From assembly GCF_009914755.1 (NCBI RefSeq), contig NC_060926.1: a stretch of 64,000 bases of DNA. One strand, given 5' to 3'. This DNA comes from the human T2T-CHM13v2.0 reference genome, Homo sapiens. Each line of letters opens with the position of its first letter. Position 1 is the stretch's first letter. Below the pieces are notes generated by a model, which was not told the DNA's origin, did not search any database, and worked only from the letters and a program-made list of their open reading frames with translations. Of the stretch, positions 1 to 30,585 are shown piece after piece. A program made the position numbers and the translations under genes.

Positions 1-862
1 CAATCAATGTCATTCTCCATGCACTGTCTTCTTGGCTTTACTTGGAGAATATAAAACTAGCCCAGTGGTTCAAGTCTTCATTTAGGACAGACAAATCAAG
101 TAAACCAAGATGTTTTCTCATTTTGATTTTAACAAGGACAACTGGTGGATCATTTAAATGAGGGAAGGTGATCGTGGGGAAGAAAATGGATCTTGGGAAA
201 AGAAAGGGTAAATTTCTGATTTAAGTGACATTTCTATCCCAAAGCAAGTGAACTGCTGCAGCCTCTTATCTTCTCCTACTTGTATTTCCATGACCTGCAG
301 ATATATTGGGACAAATCCTGGGAGCAGATGATGTACCTTCTAGTATTGCTTTAAAAAAAAATGGTGAGATGACCTCAAAGAAGAATAAATACTCCCTTTG
401 GGAAATATTTGTTCAAGTATTCCTTTACTTTGTAAGTCTTTAATTTTAAGTCAAGGGCAATAGGATCATCTGGTCAGAATTTACAATTTGAGGTACTGTA
501 TATATAAGGCATTTGAACATTTTGAATCCCAATCATCCTCCACTAGTTTTGTGTGTGTGGAAAAGCAAACAGGTGAGACTAAGCTTCCTTGAAATGAATC
601 CTGGTTAAGATGAATAAAATAATGTGAATCTTTGTTATTTATTATCCAAGAATCATAAATGTCTGTGAGTGTAAACTTAAGCATGTATTCTTCTTTGAGG
701 TCACATAAAAATCTATATACACAGATGATTACTGTAGGAACAACCCCAGATAGGCTCAACAAATTTTGGCAGTGATCCATTTCTGAAACAAAGCCAAAAG
801 CAGGTAAGCAGATTGGCCAATGGAATATCCTTGTTAAAAACTAGACTGAGTGTATTTTATAA

Positions 863-2020
<1,158 letters not shown>

Positions 2021-2748
2021 AAAAAAATTAATGATTATTTTGAAACAGCTTATAGGTCAAGACTAAGTTTTGTTGACCCACAAGTGAAACAGAGGTATCA
2101 CTAATAAATCATCACTCCAAGATAATGTTTTCCATAGTGCATCTGTGACAGTCTCCTAGGGTGGAATGAAAATGATAAACTAGAGTCCACAGAATTTTGC
2201 TAGGAAGGGAAAGAAGGTAGTAGGCATGAGGTATCTTAAGTGTTAAACCCTGAAGGAGACTTTCCATTCTTGCCAATAAAATGGACACATAGTGTGTAGC
2301 TGTTAATAAATTGAAAACAGGTAGTCAGATATACATGTTCTTTAAAATGTGTTTTAAGGCTGGTCAAACTACCAGTGGAGAATAAGATAATAGATACAGA
2401 CATGGTAGGCTGGGCGCGGTGGCTGACGCCTATAATCCCAGCACTTTGGGAGGCCGAGGTGGGCAGATCACTTGAAGTCAGTAGTTTGAGACCAGTCTGG
2501 CCAACATGGTGAAAGCCCATCTCTATTAAAAATACAAAAAATTAGCAGGGTATGGTGGCACACATCTGAATTCCTGGCTAATCAAGAAGCTGAGGCAGGA
2601 GAATTGCATGAACCTGGGAGGAGTAGGTTGCAGTGAGCCGAGATCACACTACTGCACTCCAGCCTAGGCAACAAAGTGAGACTCAATTTAAAAAAAAAAA
2701 AAAAAGATACAGACATGGTAAAAGTTTCTTCTAGAGCATTACAGTTAA

Positions 2749-3015
<267 letters not shown>

Positions 3016-3273
3016 TGATTTGCCTGCCTCGGCCTCCCAAAGTGCTGGGATTATAGGCGTGAGCCACTGCGCCCAGCCATAGGATTATGTCTCTTTTATG
3101 TTTGTTTGTTTTCTTTTGCTTTTTGTTTTTGAGATGGAGTCTCACTCTGTTGCCCAGGCTGGAGTGCAATGGCATGGCTCACCACAAGTTCCAGCTCCCG
3201 GGATCAAGTGATTCTCCTGCCTCAGCCTCCCAAGTAGCTGGGATTATAGGCACACACCACCACGCCTGGCTAA

Positions 3274-3372
<99 letters not shown>

Positions 3373-3561
3373 TGATGTTACAGGCGTGAGCCACCATGCC
3401 TGGCCACGTCTCTTAATTGGAATAGTTTCCTATTCAGATAATCATTGTTTTAATTTTAGAAAAGAAGCATAGCAACCAAAAAAGGCCATATCAAGAAGGA
3501 AATAATTGAAAATTAACTTTTTTCCTTAGGTTCAAAATATATCTCCATTTAAAAACCAACC

Positions 3562-3935
3562 TGTATTAGTCTGTTCTCACACTGCTATGAAGAAATACTT
3601 GAGAGTGGGTAATTTACCAAGGAAAGAGGTTTAATTGACTCACAGCTCAGCATGGCTGGGGTTGCCTCAGGAAACTTACAATCATGGTGGAAAGCAAAGG
3701 GGAAGCAAGGCATCTTCACAAGGCGGCAGGACAGAGTGAGTGCAAGCAGTGGAAATGCCAGATGCTTATAAAACCATCAGATCTCGTGAGAACTCAATCA
3801 CTATCATGAGAACAGCATGGAGGAAACCACCCCCATGACTCAATAACCTCCACCTGGTCCTGCCCTTGACACATAAGGATTATGGGGATTACAATTCAAG
3901 GTGAGATTTGGGTGGACACAGAGTCAAATATCACA
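3562..3935. mobile_element. MaLR solo LTR (THE1/MST type)
   Basis: Begins tgtattagtctgttctcacactgctat, ends gagatttgggtggacacagag...atatcaca. Confidence 0.85.
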
Positions 3936-4809
3936 TCCTTAAAAAAAATTAAAATAAAATAGAAGCCATCCCTATATATAATTTAAACACTAAAAGGGGA
4001 GGGCTGGTGTTCAGAGTTATGAATCACAATGATTTTATACATTATTCCATCAGATTTAGTCTACTGAATCTGAAAAAAACACAAGTACCCAGATAATCTT
4101 AAAGGTTCTAAAAGTTCTCAAAATCTCACACTCAGGACTCAGTTCAGTGATCAGTAGTTTCTTTTTGTCAGGAATTCCTTGCCCTGAGCAGGTATTGTTG
4201 ATCGGCCCTCCTAGCATGCATCTGGGAATCTGCTCTTTTGGCCTCAACCTCTCTCTGGGACAGCATGCATTTGGCTACTGATCCTATTTATCTTACTGCT
4301 GGTCTCTAAGTGAGTCCCTTAAGAGCAGACCATGCCATCCTTTTTACTTTAACGTCACTGATGTTTTTTTTCTTTAGAATATGGGGTCTCTCTGTCAGAC
4401 TCCTGGGCTCAAATGATCCTCCTGCCTCAGACTCCTGAGTAGCCAAGACTACAGACGCACACCACCACATCCAGCAAAGTTTTTAAAAAGTTTTTTGTAG
4501 AGACGTGGTCTCGCTATGTTGCCCAGGTTGGTCTTGACCTTCTGGCCTCAAGCAACCCTACTGCCTTCACCTCTCAAAGTGCTGGGATTGCAGGCATGAG
4601 CCACTACACCTGGCCAACCCTCACTGATTTTTATGGTACCCAGTAAAGGGCAGTTATGTAAGAAACTTTTTGAAATATAAAGATTCTTTAGATCAAAATG
4701 TTTTCTAGCTACTCCTGAGTTAATCTAAAATATACTTTAAAATTCACAACACTTAATTTCCTTGCAATCCTATGAGTTGGAATTTTGCTGGTTAGTGGGA
4801 TCCTCTAGA

Positions 4810-5655
<846 letters not shown>

Positions 5656-6239
5656 TGAATTTTATTTTCATGAGTGGACACAATACTCTCCTGTGTTGAG
5701 TATAGAGCAGGGTGGTATTGTAGAAAGACCACAGTTTTTGTGATCAGACATACTTGAATTCAAATTGCACCTTCACTATTTCCTGTGTGCTTGACTTTGA
5801 ACCAGTTTCATATGCCTATGAGCCTCTTTCCTGATTGAGGAATCACAGTTGGGATTGATAATCAAATGACACCCCAAAGTGGCTGGTACTTATATGAGGG
5901 GTCATTATTTAAAAATTTTTTTTCATTACTGAGATACCAAATAAAAAATTTTAATTTAATTTTTCAATGTCAGGTCTACTTATTATTATTAATTTTTTTG
6001 AGATGGAGTCTCACTATGTTGCCCAGGGTGGTCTTAAACTCCTGGGCTCAAGCGATCCTCCCTCCTCAGCCTCCCAAAGTGGTGGGATTCCAGGAACAAG
6101 CCAAGGTGCCCAACCAGGCCCACTTATTTTTTTCTTCTGTTGTTTGTTCCTTTTAATTATAAATGCACATTTAGTAATCCATTCACATTGCCAAAAATAT
6201 AAAACTATCATAATGGTTGCATGGCAAATCTCCAGCTCC

Positions 6240-10229
<3,990 letters not shown>

Positions 10230-10803
10230 TTAGCCACATATAAAATATGACCATCTATGTCAATGATAATACATCCTAATACTGTTGGTTTGCTTGGATT
10301 ATGGGGTAACTGAGACCCAGGTTTTTAATATGGGTCATTTAGGTTGAACAATACTCTCCTATCAAGTAAGAAATCAAGATCAAGTAAGAAGGTGTAAGCA
10401 ATACGGTGACTAAGAGTCTTGGCTTTAGAGCAGGTTGCTTGGGTTAAAATCATAGTTACTATCATCAATAGTAAAAAACAAAACAAAACAAACCCAAAAA
10501 AACACTAAAACTCATTGACCTGTCTCTATGTCTTTGTTTGGAGGCTGGTGCAATGCTACATTCAATGTCTCCAAGAATAAATTTAAGCATTGAGGTTACT
10601 TCTTACCTGCCTTATCCATGTAAATGTTGTCCTAGTTGCAATTATTGCTCAAAACCTACTTGGTGTGTTATAATATGATAATGAAGGAATTATGTATTTT
10701 TTAATTGCTTAACCAAGGAACTCAAGAAATTTAAATATTGCTTGTTGTAAGGTTGAGAAATTTTTGAGGTTACCTAGTTGAAAACAGAAGTATTGCAGCT
10801 TAC

Positions 10804-10945
10804 CTGAATGCTGACTGGCAAGTTGAGCCCTCTCTGATCTACTACAATCACAGTCATGATGGTCTGAATCACCAAGGCAATAAAGGTGTTGATTCCAAAT
10901 ACCAAGGCATAGCGTTCCACATTCAGATTAACTGCAATCTGAAAT
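10804..10945 (-). CDS. SLC19A3: Thiamine transporter 2, exon 5 (142 nt)
   Basis: ORF 10774..10959 ([24 protein letters not shown]...LPVSIQ); AG at 10946-10947; donor CAG|GTAAGC. Confidence 0.98.
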
Positions 10946-11019
10946 CTATCATTAAACATAAATAAGCATTTTAACTATAATATACATGGATGGAAGTCTT
11001 AAAAAGATAGAACATATTG

Positions 11020-16722
<5,703 letters not shown>

Positions 16723-17846
16723 CAACCTCTGCCTCCCAGGTTCAAGGGATTCTCCTGCCTCAGCCTCCCCAGTAGCAGGGATTACAGGTTCTCACCACCA
16801 TGCCCAGCTAATTTTTGTATTTTTAGTAGATACGGGGTTTAATCATATTGGCCAGGCTGGTCTCGAACTCCTGACCTCAGGTGATCCACCTGCTTTGGCC
16901 TCCCAAAGTGCTGGGATTACAGGCGGGAGCCACTGTGCCCAGCCGTGAATATTTTTTTTTAATGCAAAGAAATGATATAATCCTACTTTAACAAAATCTT
17001 CACATTTAAAAAAAAGCAACCTAAGATACATGATTCTGATTAAATTAAGACATTTCCATGAAGAAAATAAACATACCAACTAATTGTTTTTTCCTTTGAT
17101 GATTTTTTCCCAGAGTGCTCATATTTCTGTGTTGTAAATTGTTTATAAAACATTCTTCACAAATTGAAAGCAAAACTTGATGAAGCTTTTGTCTCCACTT
17201 CTTTCATGCAATTTGAAATTCAAATGTTTCTCATTTTTTTTGGTTAATAGCAAAGCATATTTTCTGTAGTCAGCTTTAGCTGTACTTTTATATGAAACCG
17301 AATGGTGTTTTAATCATTTTCTTAAAGAGATCTCTGAGAAAAAAGTAGAAGCAAAAATGACGGGAAATTCTAAATCCCAGAAATTATTTTTAGAAAATGA
17401 CTGAAAACTAGATCTGGCGTGGTGGCTCACACCTGTAATCCTACCACTTTGGGAAGCTGAGGCCAGAGGATTACTTGAGCCCAGGAGTTTGAGACCAGCC
17501 TGGGGAACACAGTGACACTCTGTCTCTACAAAAATGAAAATTAAAAATTTAGCCAGGCATGGTGGTGTGCACCAGTAGTTTCAGCTACTCAGGAGGCTGA
17601 GGTGGGAGGACTGCTTGAGCCCAGGAGATCAAGATTGTGGTGTGCTATGATTGCACCACTGCACTCCTGCCTGGGTGAGACCCTGTCTCAAAAAGAACAA
17701 AAGAAAAGAAAAACTGCTTGGTTCCATACACGACTGCAGCTAAAGGTTTCTTGTTATCTTTGCATCTACTTTTTTTAGTATCCAACTTTTTAATAACTTT
17801 CCTGAGAATCTTTTGTGTCATAAAAGTATGTGCTTAGAATTTCTCA

Positions 17847-18152
<306 letters not shown>

Positions 18153-18525
18153 TCACCTGAGCCTGGGAAGTCAAGGCTGCATTGAGTCCTGATCGTGATC
18201 GCACCACTGCTCTCCAGCCTGGGCAAGAGAGCCAGGCCATCTCTCAAACAAAATAAAACAAAAAGAAAAACCTGACAATGTATCACTGCTTTTGGTCTAT
18301 AAACCTACAGAGTTTTTTCCCTTGATGACTTAAGGTATATTGTAGCAATATTCAGAGAGCAAATAGTTAAATGAAAAGTTGGCTTAGTTGTGTCTAATTT
18401 AATATAAAGCAGTCAACATTTAATATTGCAATTGACTAAAATCCTTCTGAAGTTCTTAGAGAAAGTTTAGAAAGACAGAAGAGAGAGGAATACAGTTCAG
18501 TTTTAGGAGTGGTTGGTAAAACTTA

Positions 18526-18741
<216 letters not shown>

Positions 18742-20452
18742 TCAAACATAATGACTTTTGCATGCAGGAAAATATCAACACCCTCTCTTAAAAACCCAGG
18801 TCTCGGGTAATTCTGAAAGATAAATATATTGCTTTCACAAAATTGTGTGATCGACCTGAATGTGGATCTATCCTTTTCTCAAGCGTGTCTTCTTTTGGCT
18901 TTTCTTTTCACTTGCTATTCTTTCGGTCACTTAGTCACCATACTTTTAATTAGCATCAACTACACGCCAGACACTGTATTCTGCAGAGGGGCCAGAAAGG
19001 TTCCTAACCACAGCAGTGTAAGGAGAAATGATACATTAACCTAGTCACTCAGTACAACATGCAGGGATGGAAAAGGATGAAATAAATTCTCTGGGAATAC
19101 ACTGGCCTCTCTATTTGCCTTTCTTTTCTCAGTTTTTGCTGTAAGTCTTTTTCAGTGATGAGTATCAGATGTGTTACATTGAAAGTTTTAGTCTTTTTTC
19201 TTGCCCTACCCAGTTTTAGTCTTTATTATGAACCTTTAGTAATCTTAGTCTTATTTCCAATCTCCACTCTAAAGTCTTCAACATCTGACATAATTTACTT
19301 GAGAAGCTTTGGGTGAAAATATCTATATAGACTTACAGAGTTCAAGAAATTGAAATAATTGACAGTAATTAGGGTTAGCACTTTTGTGTGGTTCTCTTTA
19401 ACAAAGGTAAAAGGTATTTAGGGCTGGGGACAGTGGCGCACTCCTGTAATCCCAGCACTTTGGGAGGCTGAAGGGGGTGGATCACTTGAGGTCAGGAGTT
19501 AGAGACCAGCCTGGCCAACATGGTGAAACTCCAGCTCTACTAAAAATACAAAAATTAGCCAGCATGGTGGCGGGCACCTGCAATCCCAGCTACTCAGGAG
19601 GCTGAGGCAGGAGAATCACTTGAACCCTGGAGGCAGAGTTTGCAATGAGCTGAAATCATGCCACTGCAATCCAGCCTGGGTGACAGAGTAAGACTCTGTC
19701 TAAAATAAATAAATAAACAAAAGGTATTTAGATTTCAAATTACTACATTGACATATGACTAACTTTCCCACATGTGATCATGACCACAGAGGAAAAAAAA
19801 AATAACTATTTTTCCCCCCATGGATTTGGAATGTAGGAGCAATAATTTCAGTGAAGCAATTCTGGCACAGTCCTGGTTTCCAGGAGTTAAACTGAAGCTT
19901 CCCAAAAGGGAGATAATAATAAAATAGAGGTCACACGGGTTTTCTAAAACTTTTTGTAAATGAGGGTGGGGCGAATTCTCACTTCCTAAAAAATATCTTC
20001 AAAGTCTCATTTGACATTTAAGCTTCCAGTTACTAGGAAATAAACATTTATTGTAGATTAAACTTCAAAGACAGATTTCCCTCTGATATTAAAATCCTGA
20101 CTTTCACATCTCTTCCAGCCCTCATTTAAATACCATGAGAAAGCTGCTTTTGAAAGTTGTTGGTGTATAGCCTAGAATTGTTATAGGTGCATGCTAGCTA
20201 GTTCAAATCCTGTATTAACAAAACCCTCAGTGAGAATTTGGAATCCTTAATTTATTTTCTAAAATAATGAAAACATATACACATATATGTATATATTTTG
20301 ATATTAAAAATAATCCTAAAAGAACAGGGCATGTTATTAACCTTTGTGCTAATGATGAATTGGAATCTTAGGGATTCAACTAGAATTTCATTGTTTGGTG
20401 CTAATCCCTGAGCTCCTAAGAGTTACTTCTTGTGGCTGGGCGTGGTGGCTCA

Positions 20453-20739
<287 letters not shown>

Positions 20740-20794
20740 CTACAACACAATAGAAAGTCACAGTATTCTTATTTTTCCAGTGACTTTCATTCTT

Positions 20795-21236
<442 letters not shown>

Positions 21237-21329
21237 GTGACTTTCATTCTTGACTGAAAAAAGTTATGCTTCCTTCTGAACAGAGCTAATTCGCTGCCAT
21301 GAAGTTCGGTACCTGGAGGAATGGACTTA

Positions 21330-22244
<915 letters not shown>

Positions 22245-22590
22245 TTACTAAGGTACCTGTGGTTTGTATCTCAAATTCTGCCTCCAATTGGAAATTATTC
22301 GCATTACGGAGAAACATAATGAGAAAACTGATTTTCAAGGAAATCACAAGAAAAGATAGTCTCCTTTCCCATTGGTAAAAACCAATGTACACACTTAGAT
22401 AAACCCCGGCAGAAAAATATATTGGCTTATTGTGCAATCTGAATTATGTATTAAGTTTAGATAGTATGTACAGTTGAGTAGATGAGTTAAAAAGTTTTTG
22501 GACACTTCTAAGTTTTTCCGATTCTTTTTTTTTGAGGTGGAGTCTTGCTCAACTGCCCAGGCTGGAGTGCAGTGGCCCGATCTTCGCTGA

Positions 22591-22848
<258 letters not shown>

Positions 22849-22913
22849 TGAATATTAACATTAGACAAGTAGACCACAATGTTAAAAGAATCCAGGCCAG
22901 GCATGGTGGCTCA

Positions 22914-23441
<528 letters not shown>

Positions 23442-23964
23442 TTAGTCAGAAATGCATGGGATCTCAATTTTCACAGTTGGAAGGACTGGAGTTGCTGATC
23501 TGTAGGGATGGGTGAGTGCCGCAGCCTCTCAAATCACTGAACGTACCCACCTTGACACCTGGATCACTGAGGTTGCTGGAGAAAGCAGGAGGCCACAGAG
23601 CAAAGACCACACAACTGAGCTGCTCCTTGGAGGGAAGGTCTGTTAACTGGTCCACAGTGGCTCGAGAAGCAGAACCCAGTGGATTCATTGAGTTGCTTCT
23701 GACCCTGCATCTGTCCTTTGTTGTCTTAATTGTGGCATGCTTCAACCTGAGCAACTCGGAAACAGGGTTGTCCCTAAGTGATCTGATGCTACAGAAGAAG
23801 CTTGCCTTTCTGTCTTTGCCACCTCACCACCCGAGGCACCCATCAGCCTTGCAGGCGAAGCCACACACTTTACACAGTGTTTTCAAGGCTAAGGCTGGAG
23901 ATTGTAAAATCAGCCCAGGGTAATTTTGCAGTTAGGTCAGTGCATTTTCTTGTTGTACTTCTTA

Positions 23965-24387
<423 letters not shown>

Positions 24388-24800
24388 TCACCTGCTGGCA
24401 AACAGTGTCATAAAGAAATACCACAATTTTTTATGAGATCCTGCTTATCCCTCAGCAGCCTGAGAGTTTATTTAGATCTAGATCCTGTGCCTGCCAGTGA
24501 TGCTATTTTAGGATTAGTATAATAGAATCAACGGAGACCTGAAAGTCTCCTATCATTAACACAAATGTTAGGACTCTATGCAAGTTAAAAATTTGTTAAC
24601 ACATGTAATATGTTTTGGCTGCAATTTTTTGCAAGTAAGAAGAGGAAATAGTTTGAAAAGTTCTATATGGGACACATATTATGAAAATCAGGCTCACTGA
24701 GTTTAATGTGTTCATCTTATATCAAGTTGAGGGAAGCCCTGTATCCTTGTTCAAGTCCCATAAAATTTAAAAAACCACATTAAGATATGTATGTATGTTA

Positions 24801-24962
<162 letters not shown>

Positions 24963-25017
24963 TCAAATGGAAACAAAGAGAAAATTAAGTGATGCTTATT
25001 CTTTTTAGCATCCTTGA

Positions 25018-25209
<192 letters not shown>

Positions 25210-27379
25210 TAGTAGAGATGGGGTTTCACCATGTTGGCCAGGCTGGTCTTGAACTCCTGACCTCGAGTGAGGAAATTGCTTGAAATGCAAGCTTTAGACA
25301 TAAAGCCCAATAGAGGATCTCATTTGTCACTGCACAGAAGAAACAAAAAACAAAAAACAATCATTGTATGGCAGCTATATTTGAAAACATCTTGCTATCT
25401 CATGTGAATTATCATGTGCACAGGAAAATTCACTAATTCCTCCACATTTTAGCTCAAGCTTTGCCTTATTGTAATGTTTATAGATTTTTGATGGTCCTGC
25501 ATGTGGCTAAGTTCTCTGAGATACATTTATAGGAAGGAAACTAATTTGTTGTATGATGCTTTTCTGCATACTATCTCCTTAAATCTACATAATAACTGTA
25601 AGACAGATATCATTTCCCCACATTCCCAGAGGAGCATATGGAAGATCCAAGATGCCCAAACACTGGCTTCAAACCACATGATCAAGATCTGAATCCAGGT
25701 CTCCCTACTCCCATCAGGAATCTTTCACCCACTCCACTCTCCCTCATTCTGGAGGCCCCCTCAGCTACTGGTATTAACCTAATGACAACCACAGTGAGGG
25801 AAAAAACGTGTATTTATAAACACATTCACACTAAAGATTATGGTTACATATATAGAGCTTTTAGGGTCAATTGCAGTTTGAAAGCAGACGAGAGAGAAGG
25901 AAAAGCATTCTCATTCCGGAATAGCAAGTCTTACCTGGGTGGAATTCCAGGTATCCAGTGGGTGGGGAGCTTTACTAGGGGTTGGGGAGGTAGGAAGGAC
26001 CTACTAGGTCACATCATTGCGGCTTGCCACTCACCCTACCCTTTCCCAAGGTGACCCCGACAGCTGCATAATTCCTCTCTTAAGTTCAATAGGGTAAACA
26101 CTGTTTATGTCAACAAAGCCCTTGATTAAGCAGTGGAGAGACAAGAGCGATCAGATTTTGAAACTAGGATTACAGCATCAGTGAGCAATGCTGACAATGT
26201 GAAAATTTTGCCAAAGGCAAATTACAGTGACTGTTAACCTACTCCCTTAGTCCAGAAAACAGGGCTTTCTCTTCTTCCTGGAATGCTGCTGGGTTTGCTG
26301 GTGCTTTCTGTCTTCGTTGTTAATGATCTTATAGAAATGGCTGTCCTGGACAGGTGATCACTGAGGCTTGGTCATCTTCTGAAGAGTGGTCTTGCTGGGG
26401 TAGCATCTGCTGGCTCTATATCCAGAGCCTCCTCTCCACCTTTGCTGACCACGGATTTGTTCTCTAAATCCAGGTCATCATCTTCTCTGTGCATCTGAGA
26501 CCTAGGACTATGCCACAGTGATCCACAGGCTGCTAAAAGCCTGCTGGATTATCTATCTTTTTATTTCTTTAGGGTTCTAATACAGCTGTCCAAATCGATT
26601 TAGTTGGGATGGTCAAGCAGAAAAAAAACCTATAATAAGACATGCCCTACTAAAGTACAAGCCCAGGAGGGCAGGGCGTATTGCCTGGTCCACCACATTG
26701 TCTTAAGTGCCTAGCATAGCACCTAATACATAGCACTCAAGGAAGATGCTGAATGAATTGAATAAACAAACCACTACAGTCTACTTGAAGAAGGGTAAGG
26801 GTGAAAAGAGAGAAGTGTCAGGAACAGGCAAGAATCCAGGAGTTAGGGAAGACAATCTTATAGAAGGAAGGGCATGAGTCACGCCTCACCACTGAGAATA
26901 AATTCAAGTGCTGCCTGGTTTTCGTGAGTGCATCTCACTTCCTAGCTGCATGCCTTACAGGACAGAAAGGTCCTCAGATCTCCAAGTGTTTTACCATTTA
27001 CGACTAGGACTATGATAATTGAATTACTTATGCAATCTTTTAAAATAATTTTTACATTTTGAAAATGATTTAATTTTTCTTGGAGCATTCTGTGAGGCAC
27101 ATGGAGGTGGTATGGTTGTCACTGGATAGATGGGGAAATGGAGGACTAAAGGTAGTAAGATTTGTGCTCATTTTCACCTTTAACAAACATCAGAGCCTGG
27201 ACTTGGTCTCAGTTTCCTAATTCCAAGTTCAGCTATCTTTCCTCTTACCCTCTGTTTGAGACAGCCTGGCTATATCCTCAAAATTCCCATTCTAAACTGA
27301 GCATGGTGCCCAGCACTTTGGGAGGCTGAGGCAGGAGGGTCACTTGAGGCCAGGAGATCAAGGTGTCGGTGAGCTGTGA

Positions 27380-27793
<414 letters not shown>

Positions 27794-28090
27794 TAATGGT
27801 ACAAAAAATGTTAACTATCAGAATGCATTGCAGAGAAAGGCTAAGCTTTTTTTCTGAAACTTCTGTTTGGGTCAGCAATATATAAATACAAATATATAAT
27901 CATAATGTACACTATCTTACTATAGGACACGGTACTAAGTTAGAAGTTGTAGAGGAAGACTGGGCTCAGTGGCTCATGCCTGTCCTCTCAACACTTTGGG
28001 AGGCCAGGGCAGGATGACTGCTTGAGGTCAGGTGTTTGAGACCAGCCTGGACAACATAGCGAGGCCCTATCTCTTAAAAAAAAAAAAAAA

Positions 28091-28535
28091 GGTATACATG
28101 TTCATGTATCTTTATAATACAATAATTTCTATTTCTTGGGGGTATATACCCAGTAACAGGAATGATGGGTCAAATGGTATTTCTGTTTCTAGATCTTTGA
28201 GGAATCACCACACTGTCTTCCACAATGGTTGAAGTAATTTACGTTCCCACCAACAATGTAAAAGCATTTATTTTTCTCGGCAACCTGGCCAGTGGGAATG
28301 GAATGATGAGAACGCATGGACACATGGGGCGAACAACATGCCCTCGGGTCTGTCGGGGAAATGGGGAGGCGGGGGAGGAAGAATGGCTAATGGATGCTTG
28401 GCTTATACCAAGGTGATGGGTTGATCTGTGCAGCAAACCACCATGGCAAACGTTTACCTGTGTAACAAACCTGCACATCCTGCACATGTACCCCAGAACT
28501 TAAAATAAAAGTTGATGAAAAAACAAACAAACAAA
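28091..28535. mobile_element. 5'-inverted short L1 (older L1PA) inside an Alu linker
   Basis: Antisense ORF2-end segment about 28091-28292 joined to sense 3'UTR and A tail about 28291-28535; Alu left arm about 27958-28090 and right arm about 28538-28700 flank it. Confidence 0.8.
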
Positions 28536-28573
28536 GATTTAGCGTGGTGTGGTGAAGCATGCCTGTAATCCTA

Positions 28574-28795
<222 letters not shown>

Positions 28796-29051
28796 TTATT
28801 CTGGAATAGACTGTTCTTTTGTCTTTTTTCCATTTATCATTCCATTTTGATCCCGTCATATTATCCGCCTCTAAAAAAGTGCTCTAAACGTCCCTTTGCT
28901 TCCACTGCTTCTAAGGTGAGGACATGAATTGACTTGATTTTCTGAGTTCATACCTGTGAAAGCCAGATGTTTACCTTTCCCCTTCATTTTCTGTGTGTTC
29001 CAAATCACAAGATAGTCCTTTTAAAAGTTACTCCTGTAGCAGTCATCTTCA

Positions 29052-29405
<354 letters not shown>

Positions 29406-30028
29406 TTAATAACAACAACAAAAGGCACATTCCCTAAACAAAAGTCAGCCTATCAGGCTCTCACGATTTGAAACATGCAGTGAAGATGCTGAAAGTAGAA
29501 AGAAAGAGTCAATTCATCAGCTGCTCTTTTTAGCAGAGACTCAGAGCAGCTAAATCCACAACAGACCTTACCTTGGTGGACTTGGACGCACAGGAGAGAG
29601 TTTACAGTGGCACAGTGTTAGCTACAACAGCAGATTGAGGAGGTGAACCCTGAGCTTTGGCCTTTGCTCCACTCCAGAGCTACAGTGACCCTGGGCGGGT
29701 CTCCCTGCTGCACCTGCACGGCAGACCAGAGTGCACTTGTCCCCTGACCCTGTTGCAGCACACCACATGAGCCCTGAAGAAAATGGCCACAGACACTGTG
29801 GGGATACACAGAGGCGCTGATCCAGCCAACATCTTTGACTTTGAATGAGCCAACACCTTTGCATTGCAAGTGGTCACTTCAGTTGCCTTGGAACTGATGG
29901 GTTCCTTTCTTCTTTTGCTGGTAGAAAAATAATTATTTTTCAGCCAGGCGCGGTGGCTTATGCCTGTAATACTACCACTGTGGGAGGCCAAGTCAGGTGG
30001 ATCGCTTGAGCTCAGGTGTTCGAGACTA

Positions 30029-30585
<557 letters not shown>

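Noticed and set aside
23464-23923. 96-aa and 135-aa ORFs on opposite strands in intron 2
   Set aside because: No recognisable homology or expression signals; compatible with chance.
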